DNA of 46,525 nt, taken from NCBI GenBank assembly GCA_033850605.1, contig JAWWPL010000246.1:1-46525 (forward strand). Direction: 5' to 3'. The stretch's first letter is position 1. Every line of letters begins with the position of its first letter. Positions 9,979-18,883 of the stretch are shown here, piece after piece. Origin of the DNA: Blastocatellia bacterium (GTDB taxonomy: Bacteria > Acidobacteriota > Blastocatellia > Pyrinomonadales > Pyrinomonadaceae). Below the pieces are notes generated by a model. The model saw only the letters and a list, made by a program, of their open reading frames with translations. It ran no database searches and was not told where the DNA came from. The position numbers were made by a program, and so were the translations under genes.

Positions 9979-10614
9979 ATGAGTGAGGAAATCGTAACAC
10001 TGAAATCGCCGGTAACGGATCAAGATCATGTCGCCGGACCCGCGAGCGCGGCTATCACCCTGGTTGAATATGGCAACTTCGAATGCCTTCAATGCGGCGG
10101 CGCTTATCGTAGCCTTAAGCAGATTCGAGATGTCCTCGCAGATGAGATGCGCTTAGTATTTCGAAATTTCCCGATGGTGCAAACGCATCCGCGTTCGTTG
10201 CGTGCCGCCGAAGCAGCCGAAGCTGCCGCCGCGCAAGGACAATTTTGGGAGATGCATGATCAGTTGTTTACACACCAGAAGGCGCTGGAGGATCGCGACC
10301 TGATTCGTTATGCCGCACGGATCAGTCTCGACATCGAGAGATTTAAGCGCGACTTAGCGGAGAATGTTTATCGTCCTAAGGTTCAGTCTAGGTACGAACA
10401 CAGTCTCTTTGCCGAGCATGTGACAGGTACTCCAACCATCTACCTCAACGACACCCGCTACACCGGCGCGACCGACGTGCAGTCGCTTCTCGAGGCCATC
10501 AGACAGGGCGATCCCGAAGGCAGGATTAACCTTCCTGAGAAGGCCAGTCAAATAAGACAGCTCCTCAGCAAACTAAAACAAGGCAGAGCTGCCTTGGTGG
10601 GTATTGTGCAGTGA
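9979..10614 (+). CDS. DsbA-family thioredoxin-fold oxidoreductase (cytoplasmic type, CLQC active site)
   Basis: ITLVEYGNFECLQCGG (C-x-x-C), FRNFP and the later GTPTIYLN (cis-Pro loop) are typical of DsbA/Thioredoxin_4 proteins. No signal peptide is evident. Confidence 0.8.
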   Translation: MSEEIVTLKSPVTDQDHVAGPASAAITLVEYGNFECLQCGGAYRSLKQIRDVLADEMRLVFRNFPMVQTHPRSLRAAEAAEAAAAQGQFWEMHDQLFTHQKALEDRDLIRYAARISLDIERFKRDLAENVYRPKVQSRYEHSLFAEHVTGTPTIYLNDTRYTGATDVQSLLEAIRQGDPEGRINLPEKASQIRQLLSKLKQGRAALVGIVQ

Positions 10615-10671
10615 TAGATTCGATCTCTGCGGTAAACATGTGAGGCGTATTCAACTGTTGGGAGACTCCAT

Positions 10672-11268
10672 ATGCGATCTGATATCGTTCCCGGCGCTAT
10701 CTTGCCCGACTATGAACTTTCCGACCACCAGGCTAAGCGGCGAAAGCTCTCGGTGCTGCAAGGACCAGACCCGATGGTTCTCGTCCTCAGTCGAGGAGGC
10801 TTTTGCCCCAAAGAGCGCAGGCAAGCTGAAGGGCTCCTTCACCTTCATCGTGAACTAGAGGTTGGCTATTGCCGCCTTGTCACGATCAGTACCGACAACA
10901 TCACTCGGACGAATGAATTTCGGAGTGGAGTCGGTGCTCACTGGCCATTCCTCTCCGACGCGGGGCGTATGGTCCAAAAAGATCTCGATATCGCCGAATA
11001 CACCGATCCGGTCAACAATCCGATGATCCCACACGTGATTGTTTTGGAGCCCGGTCTCGTCATTTATAGGATCTACAACGGCTACTGGTACTTTGGTCGG
11101 CCCACAATCGAAGATCTCCGCCAGGACCTCCGTGCCGTTCTCAGGAAATGTCGACCGGACTGGGACATCACAACGCCCGAACTAAAAGCGGCATGGCGAG
11201 AAGGGCGCAAAGAACACTTCTATCCATATGGCAAGACATACGTCCAAACACTGGGTGAGCAGGACTAG
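10672..11268 (+). CDS. redoxin / AhpC-TSA family peroxiredoxin-like protein
   Basis: PDYELSDHQ...VLVLSRGGFCPKERRQ (single peroxidatic-type Cys in a thioredoxin fold), ISTD and WPFLSD. GGGAGA RBS lies upstream of the ATG. Confidence 0.75.
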   Translation: MRSDIVPGAILPDYELSDHQAKRRKLSVLQGPDPMVLVLSRGGFCPKERRQAEGLLHLHRELEVGYCRLVTISTDNITRTNEFRSGVGAHWPFLSDAGRMVQKDLDIAEYTDPVNNPMIPHVIVLEPGLVIYRIYNGYWYFGRPTIEDLRQDLRAVLRKCRPDWDITTPELKAAWREGRKEHFYPYGKTYVQTLGEQD

Positions 11269-11883
11269 GAACCGAGGTCGATATTGCTTGTGGTGACCGT
11301 AGTTCCCGACGTGACCGTACATTGTCATGCTATCAAGAGATAGATCTACGTTGCTGTACTCAGATTTGAACGGATGGCTGCGGTGCGACTTCGCACTTCT
11401 AAAGACGCTTGAAAAACTGGTGGCCAATATTAGCCCAACGCACTTTTGGTGTGGCTATAAGTTTTTTAGATTGGCAGGTTTACATAGGAGTCCACAATTA
11501 CTGAGCCAAGCGGGGTCGTTAACTGTTAAGTTCAGTGTACACAGCAAAGTTTTCTATCGTAAAGCTTAATGAGCACAACGCCCGGTGGGGAATCACATCT
11601 GTCTCGAACGGTTTTTTCGTCCACCATTACATTTCCTTGTAATCAGAGCCGCGCCTGGTGTAATGTTTGGCGCCCGCTTCCTCGTTCGTTTAATAAGCTA
11701 AGCATCGAGTCTTCTCGCGTAAATTCCATGTGAGTCCGAGGTCAGATATTTGATGAGCAATATTCGAAATCTAATGCAAAGAGGAGTCCCAATATCTCGC
11801 CCTGCCAAAATCATCATTGTTTGGGCGAACCAGTCCTGCCGAACCGTCTGTGATTTTGATCCGCAATTTGTAAAGGAGTGCGA

Positions 11884-12309
11884 ATGAACTATTCACGTCT
11901 CGGGCTGGCGGCGCTTGGTGGCATGGTCGCGTCTTTTGCCTTTGGTTTCTTAGTGTTGTGGCTGGTGCCAGCTCTTATCAATGAAGGCCACAAGTACCCG
12001 GCCGTATTCCGACCTAAGGAAGAAATGATGAGTGTTATGCCGATTGGATTGGTCGCAACTTTCATCTCGATCCTGGTTGTCGCCATAATTTTCGCAATGA
12101 TACATCAGGGCGAATCGGGCGCTGCGGCAGGTGCGCGCTTCGGCGTTCTCATTGGCATTTTCGTGGTTTGCGCATTTGTGCTGCACAACTACGTGAACCT
12201 GAACATCGGGCTGAAACTTGCTTTGGGACAAGCTGTGGCTTACTTCGTCCAGTGGACTATCATCGGCATAGTCATCGGTCTTATTTACAAACCCCTCGCT
12301 ACACCATAA
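11884..12309 (+). CDS. small integral membrane protein (about 4 TM segments), function unknown
   Basis: Four long hydrophobic stretches, for example LAALGGMVASFAFGFLVLWLV and VAYFVQWTIIGIVIGLIY. ATG 11884 lies 6 nt after AAGGAG (11873-11878). Confidence 0.6.
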   Translation: MNYSRLGLAALGGMVASFAFGFLVLWLVPALINEGHKYPAVFRPKEEMMSVMPIGLVATFISILVVAIIFAMIHQGESGAAAGARFGVLIGIFVVCAFVLHNYVNLNIGLKLALGQAVAYFVQWTIIGIVIGLIYKPLATP

Positions 12310-12570
12310 TAGTTAATATATCTGTTTTGCGCCTTAAGCCTTGATTGTGGTTTTTAGCCATTGAGAAAGAGATAGCTTTGTTGGCTAATTCATTCCAGTG
12401 AAAGAGTCCTCACCCGCTTCGTTTGCGATCTTATCTAACTGGATAGCTCTCGTAATTCAACGCATTCGTACGCCCATTGTAATCCTAATGGGTGTACCTT
12501 TCGTATGGGCACATCAGTTCGAAGTTCCGGATGCTGGAAAGATAATCATTGCGTTCGTAAGGAGATGAAT

Positions 12571-12942
12571 ATGAAGCGAATCTATATCTTGATGTTTGTT
12601 CTGCTCGTGGCTGGATTTGTCCGTGGTGACGCAGGTGTTACGCGTGAACAAGATCCGCTCATCGTGAACTCAAAGACGATTGCACTGAAACTCGAAAACT
12701 CTCGTGTACGAGTTCTCGAGGCTGCTCTTAAACCTGGCGATAAGGAAAAGACTCATTCACATCCCGCGTATGTTATCTACGTCATTGAGGGTGGAAAGGT
12801 CCGCACCCATTCGTCAGATGGCGCTGTGACGGAAACGGAGTTCCGAACCGGCGACGTTATCTATCGTGATCCAGTAACGCACTGGGCCGAGAATATTGGC
12901 AACACAACAATCCGGCTCGAGCTTGTGGAACTTAAGAATTAG
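12571..12942 (+). CDS. secreted cupin-domain protein
   Basis: Signal-peptide-like MKRIYILMFVLLVAGFVRG, then RVLEAALKPGDKEKTHSHP...VTHWAENIG (cupin His motifs). Start moved to ATG 12571, after the AAGGAG inside taaggag (12558-12564). Paralogue of 18884..19279. Confidence 0.7.
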   Translation: MKRIYILMFVLLVAGFVRGDAGVTREQDPLIVNSKTIALKLENSRVRVLEAALKPGDKEKTHSHPAYVIYVIEGGKVRTHSSDGAVTETEFRTGDVIYRDPVTHWAENIGNTTIRLELVELKN

Positions 12943-12976
12943 AGGTTTGGATTCTTCTGCTCAACGATAGGGACCG

Positions 12977-13034
12977 ATCCACTAAGTGACACGAATTGCG
13001 ATGACTAGTCAGGTGGTTCGCGGGGATTTGTGGA
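12977..13034. repeat. imperfect inverted repeat of the 'cacgaa..atttgtggat' family
   Basis: atccactaagtgacacgaa (12977-12995) versus ttcgcggggatttgtggat (13016-13034), about 13/19 complementary. It resembles the better copy at 39271-39331. Confidence 0.35.
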
Positions 13035-13148
13035 TAGCTTTGCCGTCGGTAGGTGAAGACAATTCATGAAACCAAGCGAATCCAGTAGTATGGCGCCGCT
13101 GAGAGTCGACGGCTTGGGGCGCGAGTTTCGAACAACCTCTGGAGAGTC

Positions 13149-14231
13149 ATGAGTTCCGTCATTCATTCTTTACCACCTGACAGTACTTTGCCGCCGCCTG
13201 AGATTGGCGACGCTTCGGCCTGGTACGGTCAGGATCTAAATGGACGCAGTGAATGCATCGCGCAGCTCTCCGCGGCCGAGATTGCCGAAGTGAAGATCGC
13301 GGTTAGTGAATTAGAAAATGAATCATCCATCGATCTTACGTCGATCAATAAAGGGGACTTCCCGCTTCCTACGCTGGGCCCACGCCTTCAGCTGTTACTG
13401 GAAGAGGTGCTCAATGGCCGCGGTTTCGTGCTGATCAAGGCACTGCCGGTCGAGGGTTGGACAAAACGCGAAGCGGCGATTGCTTTTCTCGGGATTGGGG
13501 CGCACCTCGGCAACTTACGAATGCAAAATGCCGGAGGTCACTTGCTTGGGCATGTTAGGGATCTTGGGCGCTCCAGCTTGGATCCCGAGACGCGGATTTA
13601 CCAAACGCGTGAACGCCAAACTCACCACACTGACTCTTGCGACGTCGTTGGGCTGCTATGTCTGCGGGCAGCAAAATCGGGCGGCCTATCGAGCCTGGTA
13701 TCATCCACCACGATCTTCAATGAAATGCGCCGCCGCCGGCCGGACCTCCTTAGAGTCTTGCTCGATCCTATTGAGACGGACCGACGTGGTGAGGTTCCTG
13801 AAGGTGGTAAACCTTATTTCTCCATTCCGGTCTTCAACTGGCACCAGGGACTAGTCTCGACGATCTATCAGAGACAATACATCGAGTCGGCCCGCCGATT
13901 TCCCGGGGTCGCACCGCTCGGTCCTCTGCAGGTACAGGCACTCGATCTGTTCGACGAACTGGCGAACGACCCGGGGCTGAACTTGATAATGGAGCTTCAA
14001 CCGGGCGACATGCAGTTCGTGCACAACCATACTATTCTGCACGATCGAACCGCATTCGAGGATTTCCCGGAGCCTGAGCGCAAGCGCCACCTGTTGCGAC
14101 TCTGGATAGCGCCGCCCAACGCGCGTCCTTTGCCCGAAGTTTACGCGGAGAGGTTCGGTTCAGTTACGCCGGGAGATCGAGGAGGCATCACGGTAGAAGG
14201 AGCGAAGGGCACCATACTGTTTGAGGGATGA
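13149..14231 (+). CDS. TauD/TfdA-family Fe(II)/2-oxoglutarate-dependent dioxygenase
   Basis: THHTDSCD (H-x-D iron ligands), distal FVHNHTILHDRTAF and RHLLRLWI are typical of the TauD/clavaminate-synthase-like family. GGAGAG RBS is present. Confidence 0.8.
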   Translation: MSSVIHSLPPDSTLPPPEIGDASAWYGQDLNGRSECIAQLSAAEIAEVKIAVSELENESSIDLTSINKGDFPLPTLGPRLQLLLEEVLNGRGFVLIKALPVEGWTKREAAIAFLGIGAHLGNLRMQNAGGHLLGHVRDLGRSSLDPETRIYQTRERQTHHTDSCDVVGLLCLRAAKSGGLSSLVSSTTIFNEMRRRRPDLLRVLLDPIETDRRGEVPEGGKPYFSIPVFNWHQGLVSTIYQRQYIESARRFPGVAPLGPLQVQALDLFDELANDPGLNLIMELQPGDMQFVHNHTILHDRTAFEDFPEPERKRHLLRLWIAPPNARPLPEVYAERFGSVTPGDRGGITVEGAKGTILFEG

Positions 14232-15546
14232 AGGCCTAAGTCGTGAAATCCGGAAGTGGGATCTGGTTGCGCTGCTGGTCAATGTTACGGTGGGAGCGGG
14301 CATCCTTAGACTTCCGGCGGACGTGCAAAAGATCGTAGGAAACTACAGTCTGGCGGCGTTCGTCTTATGCGCGGTGATCATCGGTCTGATCGCTCTTTGC
14401 TTTGCCGAGGTGGGGAGCCGGTTTAGCGGTACTGGTGGCCCCTATCTCTACGCCAGCGAGACGTTCGGGCCCACGCTTGCCTTCCTGGTTGGATGGTTGA
14501 TGTGGTTGACCAGGCTCGCTGGTTTCGCGACGCTCGCGCAGGTATTCATCGCATACCTTGGTTACTTTTGGCCGCCAGCCGAATCAGGGCTGCCCAGAGT
14601 TGCCATCATCACCGGGCTCGTGGTCACACTCACTGTTATTAATCTGATAGGCGTCAAAGAGTCTACTCGGGTCGGTAACATCTTCACCGTCAGTAAGCTG
14701 ATCCCGTTGCTGGTGTTTGTTACCATGGGATTGTTCTTTCTCAGCCCGGCACATTTCACGCTGGGAGCAAGGCCAAGCCTGGGATCATTTTCGGCAGCGG
14801 TGTTCATACTGGTCTATGCGTTCTCTGGTTTTGAGGCGGTGCTGGTAAACTCCGGTGAGATCCGCCAACCTCAGCGCGTCATACCCTTTGCTTTGATTGT
14901 GGCACTAAGCGCGTCGGTCGTCCTTTTTCTGCTGATCCAAGTTATATGCATCGGTACGTTGCCTGAACTAGCGAACTCGCAAAGGCCGCTGGCTGACGCC
15001 AGCTACATTTTTCTGGGTGCTTTAGGGCCGAGAATGATCTCGGCCGGCGCGCTTATCGGAATCTTCGGAACGCTGAATGTAATAATGCTCGCCTGTACGC
15101 GACTGCCATTCGCAATGGCAGTACAAGGCCAACTTCCAAATTCCCTGGCGCTTGTTCACCGGCGATTTCGCACACCTCATGTATCCATCCTGTTTTGTGC
15201 GGCAGCGGTGCTTTTGCTTTCGCTGTCCGGCACGTTCCTCTACGCGTTGAAGGTCACCGTGATTACCAGGGTAATCGTGTACGCCAGCACTTGCGCGGCG
15301 CTGCCGGTGCTGCGGCGGCGAGCCAGGATGGCCGCGCCGGTTCGGACTGAAGAGAGTGGGCCGGGTTCATTTGAAGTGCCTGCTGGGATGTTGATTTCGA
15401 CCGTCTGCGTAATCCTGTGTCTTTGGCTGTTGGCAAACAGCGGCTGGCGCGAGGCCCGCGACGTCGCCATAGCCGTGGCCATCGGCCTGGCCATCTACTC
15501 AGCTACTCGAGTAGGCCAAAGAGACGCGCGCCGGCGGCGTAAGTAG
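14221..15546 (+). CDS. APC-superfamily amino-acid permease
   Basis: About 12 hydrophobic segments. The N-terminal WDLVALLVNVTVGAGILRLP and FSGFEAV motifs are typical of APC permeases. TTG start at 14221 overlaps the TauD stop by 11 nt, so the start is uncertain. Confidence 0.85.
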   Translation: MRDEGLSREIRKWDLVALLVNVTVGAGILRLPADVQKIVGNYSLAAFVLCAVIIGLIALCFAEVGSRFSGTGGPYLYASETFGPTLAFLVGWLMWLTRLAGFATLAQVFIAYLGYFWPPAESGLPRVAIITGLVVTLTVINLIGVKESTRVGNIFTVSKLIPLLVFVTMGLFFLSPAHFTLGARPSLGSFSAAVFILVYAFSGFEAVLVNSGEIRQPQRVIPFALIVALSASVVLFLLIQVICIGTLPELANSQRPLADASYIFLGALGPRMISAGALIGIFGTLNVIMLACTRLPFAMAVQGQLPNSLALVHRRFRTPHVSILFCAAAVLLLSLSGTFLYALKVTVITRVIVYASTCAALPVLRRRARMAAPVRTEESGPGSFEVPAGMLISTVCVILCLWLLANSGWREARDVAIAVAIGLAIYSATRVGQRDARRRRK

Positions 15547-15551
15547 CGCGG

Positions 15552-15580
15552 GCTGCCAGCCTGCGCTGCGAGCTGGCAGC
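15552..15580. repeat. palindromic 'gctgccagc' element between convergent genes (terminator-like hairpin)
   Basis: gctgccagc (15552-15560) and gctggcagc (15572-15580) are exact reverse complements with an 11-nt loop. It belongs to the same sequence family as 25215-25286. Confidence 0.6.
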
Positions 15581-15591
15581 TCGCAGTACCA

Positions 15592-15855
15592 CTAATCCGC
15601 AATCTCCAACCCGGCCTTTCGCAAGCCGTCAATTAGGTGCTCGCGCAACTCAGGGTCAAACCACTTCTCGAGAGTGTTGCGAATTGTAGTGCAGACGTCC
15701 GGCCGCAGTTTGAGCAAATCGCGAACGGCTTTACTTGCCGTTTCAGTTTCACCGAGCTGACCAGCTGCGGCAGCAACACCGGTGTGCATGCCCCAGTGGC
15801 CCGGTAAGTTTGCTTTGAGGATTAAGCCAAAAAAAGAAATCCGTTCCGCCCGTTT
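15592..15855 (-). pseudogene. C-terminal remnant of a TPR-type protein (ends ...EKWFDPELREHLIDGLRKAGLEIAD*)
   Basis: The frame is open for only 88 codons (the track shows 65 aa from an internal Met). The sequence ANLPGHWGMHTGVAAAAGQLGE...LLKLRPD...W...PE...HL.DGLRKAGL resembles the conserved C-terminal end of large TPR/regulatory proteins. There is no N-terminal part and no RBS. Confidence 0.4.
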
Positions 15856-15916
15856 TCACCGCGGACGACATCATCTGATCGTTTTGAGCGACAAAGAAAA
15901 GTGCAGTTCCCTCAAC

Positions 15917-18640
15917 TCAGTTCGCAGGAACGAGGCGGTGCAGTTCTTCGAACCAGTTCACAACGATCCTGATTTGTGCTGAAGCGTCTTCCTTCGGTGG
16001 ACGAATCATCAGAAAACGCCCGCCACGCGGGTCGACGTCATAAGTCTCGCCGCTGTTGGAACGAAGATCGTAGACTTCATTGAACAAGCTACCTGGCGTG
16101 CTCGCGTGAAACGACGAGCGTGTCTCAACCTGGACAACTAACAACTGATTGTTCACCCGGTAATACAACTCCTTTCCATCTGGGGACCAGCGAGGCTCTT
16201 CGCCGCCGCCAGTCGAAATGGGCCAACGACCTCCCGAACCTACGAGTTCGCGAACATAGATTTCCGGTCTGCCACTCTCGTTTGACTGGTAAGCGAGCCA
16301 ACGACCATCGGGCGAAGCGGCTGCGCCGAATTCGTTGAACTGCGTATTGATAAGTGCGGTTGGCTTCGCATCGGGCTTCAATACAATGGTGAAGATATTG
16401 GCGTCGGCGGTTTGCCTCTGGGTATCGAGCAAAGCTGTTTCGCCATCCGGCAAGATCGCTTTCAGATAAGCCTGATGCGTGATGGTGACGACCTTCTCCG
16501 CATCCTGGCTACCGTCAGCCGGTCTTCGGAGTATGGTGGTCTCGTCTGCGCCGGAATTTACTGAAGCGTAGTAGATGTATTTGCTGTCCGCCGACCAGAC
16601 TGGTGTCGCGTTGATAGTGTTAAAGGTCAAGCGAGTAAGAGTTTCGCGCGCAAAGTCGTAAACCCAAACGTCGCCACTCATGCTGGATCCCTGGAGCAGT
16701 GCGACGCGCGACGCATCGGGTGAGATTCGCACGTCATTGAACTGACTGGGTGGTACGTTGACCACTGTAGGGTTACCCTTCTTGTCTACCCAGGTAAGGC
16801 TCCGCCCACCGGAAGTGCTGCTACCCGGAAGGTAGGCAAGAGTGCCGTCGTTGGAGATTGAGAAATGGACAGCTCCAGTGGTTTTGTCACCAGCAACGCC
16901 GACCAGGAGCGGCACCGGTTTTCCATTAACGGTCAAACTGTCGAGATTGAAACCTACGGCGTAGAGCACGCCGGCGCGGGCAAATACCAGGTGTCCTGTA
17001 GGAACATAGCGAGCAACGCTAGCACCCTGAAGAAGAATCTTTCGTTCTCCGGTAGCGAGAACTACGGCTTCAATGTTTGAGCTGTCGTAGTCATCGGGTT
17101 TGTCGAGTGACCCCACAGTGAAGATCACTGCTTTGCCGCCCGGCAACGCCTGCGGCCAACGATGCGTCCGTTCTTTCTTCGCCTCGTCGACTTTCGTGAT
17201 TGCGCGTGCTTCGCCGCCGTTAGCGGAAATCTGAAACACACCACCAGTCGCATCCGGGGTATAGACCAATGAATCGTCGGTCATCCATGACACGCCTCGT
17301 GAATCACCGACCCTGGTCAGTGATACAACAGGTCCGTTTAGGGGGACCTTCTTCAATGTGAAGTCTGCGACGAATGCGATCCAGTGACCATCAGCCGAAA
17401 AACTGGCGTCCAGAGCGCCTTCAGTTCCGGCAATCATTTTTACGTCGTTGTCATCAAGCCGGCGCACGTACAGACGGGTAATACCGTCGCTGTTGGCCAG
17501 GAATGCCAGCATGGATCCGTCGGGAGACATGGTGAGCGCCGGGTAACGGATTAAGCTGAGCCCAGTCTTGTTCGCCGGCGCCACATCGAAACGAACAACC
17601 GGTAACGGAGTATTTCGGGTTCGGCGGAAAGCGACGAATGCTGCCAGACTAATCAGGCCAAGTGTCAGAATAGCCGCAATAACCATCCACAACCGGGAAC
17701 TATTTAGCACCTTGCGACTGGTCCGATCGACCACCGTTGAAAGTGATGCGGTCGTCCTCGCGCCCGAGTCAGTCGAGTTGGCAGAAAGCGCCTCAATCGC
17801 AAATGCCAAATCACTCGCCGAATGAAAACGCTGTTCTGGAGTTTTCTCAAGACTGTGCTGGACCACACGTTCCAGGGCTGGTGATATGGCCGCGTTTGTA
17901 GTGGACAGATCAGGTGGATCCTCTTTAAGGATGGCGCTCATGGTTTCAGCCATCGAGTTCCGCTGAAAGGCACGCTTGCCGGAAAGCATTTCGTAGAAGA
18001 CCGCACCAAAGGAAAAGATGTCGGAGCGTGCATCGGTGATCTGTCCGCGCAGTTGCTCCGGAGACATGTATCCAACCGTTCCCATCACTGTGCCGGGATC
18101 GGTATTTACCTTGCGCGTCGGCACTTCCGTCTGCGACTCGCTCGCTGTGATTGCAGCGGTCAGCTTTGCGAGACCGAAATCCAGTATCTTCACCCGGCCA
18201 TCGTTGGTGACGAAGATGTTGTCGGGCTTGATGTCGCGGTGAACTATTCCTTTTTCATGAGCTGCGGCGAGACCACGAGCAATCTGTAACGCGTAGTCGA
18301 CGGCTTTGCGTTGAGTCAGCGCCGTGCCGTTCATGCGTTCACGCAGCGTCTCGCCTTCTAATAATTCCGAAACGATGTATGGCGCACCATCGTGAACGCC
18401 AATGTGGTGGATGACTAGAATGTTTGGATGATTAAGTGCACCGGCTGCCTGCGCTTCCTGTTCAAAGCGATTCAGGCGTTCGGCATTCTCCGAAAGAGAA
18501 GCGGGCAGAACCTTGATTGCCACGTCGCGTCCGAGCTTACTATCGCGCGCACGCCAGACGACTCCCATGCCCCCTTCGCCGATCTTGGAGACAATCGTGT
18601 ACTGAGCAATCGTCGTGTTGGGGGAAATTGTTTTGCTCAA
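15917..18640 (-). CDS. Ser/Thr protein kinase with one TM segment and a C-terminal TolB/PD40-like beta-propeller region
   Basis: Hanks kinase motifs: GEGGMGVVWRA, VAIK, HRDIKPDNI, DFGLAK, GYMSPEQ. TM segment LWMVIAAILTLGLISLAAFVAF. After it come repeated SPDG..LAF/..Y-type blades and a typical ...VVNWFEEL tail. The only in-frame start is TTG at 18640. Confidence 0.9.
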   Translation of the reverse strand: MSKTISPNTTIAQYTIVSKIGEGGMGVVWRARDSKLGRDVAIKVLPASLSENAERLNRFEQEAQAAGALNHPNILVIHHIGVHDGAPYIVSELLEGETLRERMNGTALTQRKAVDYALQIARGLAAAHEKGIVHRDIKPDNIFVTNDGRVKILDFGLAKLTAAITASESQTEVPTRKVNTDPGTVMGTVGYMSPEQLRGQITDARSDIFSFGAVFYEMLSGKRAFQRNSMAETMSAILKEDPPDLSTTNAAISPALERVVQHSLEKTPEQRFHSASDLAFAIEALSANSTDSGARTTASLSTVVDRTSRKVLNSSRLWMVIAAILTLGLISLAAFVAFRRTRNTPLPVVRFDVAPANKTGLSLIRYPALTMSPDGSMLAFLANSDGITRLYVRRLDDNDVKMIAGTEGALDASFSADGHWIAFVADFTLKKVPLNGPVVSLTRVGDSRGVSWMTDDSLVYTPDATGGVFQISANGGEARAITKVDEAKKERTHRWPQALPGGKAVIFTVGSLDKPDDYDSSNIEAVVLATGERKILLQGASVARYVPTGHLVFARAGVLYAVGFNLDSLTVNGKPVPLLVGVAGDKTTGAVHFSISNDGTLAYLPGSSTSGGRSLTWVDKKGNPTVVNVPPSQFNDVRISPDASRVALLQGSSMSGDVWVYDFARETLTRLTFNTINATPVWSADSKYIYYASVNSGADETTILRRPADGSQDAEKVVTITHQAYLKAILPDGETALLDTQRQTADANIFTIVLKPDAKPTALINTQFNEFGAAASPDGRWLAYQSNESGRPEIYVRELVGSGGRWPISTGGGEEPRWSPDGKELYYRVNNQLLVVQVETRSSFHASTPGSLFNEVYDLRSNSGETYDVDPRGGRFLMIRPPKEDASAQIRIVVNWFEELHRLVPAN

Positions 18641-18883
18641 TGTATTATTTTTTGCTTAGGGCCTTGATCCGCAGATTACACCGATTTTGGAATAGTTGGA
18701 CTTGCTTCGTTAAAAGCAAAAGTATCAGGACATGCCGTGCTCGCCGCGGGATGGAGACATTGGACCTTCAGGCATCGCCATGAGTTATTGCTCCGGTACA
18801 CCGATTGGAGCAAATGCAGTTTCCATGCTTCTCCTCAAAGTTGTGATCACTAATTGGTCATTGTTTGAAGTGACGGCCACTCT

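Noticed and set aside
18641-18883. Two tiny minus-strand ORFs (METAFAPIGVPEQ and MAMPEGPMSPSRGEHGMS) between the cupin and the kinase
   Set aside because: They are too short, lack homology, and only one has an RBS-like GAGGAG. They most likely lie in the kinase 5' UTR or promoter region.
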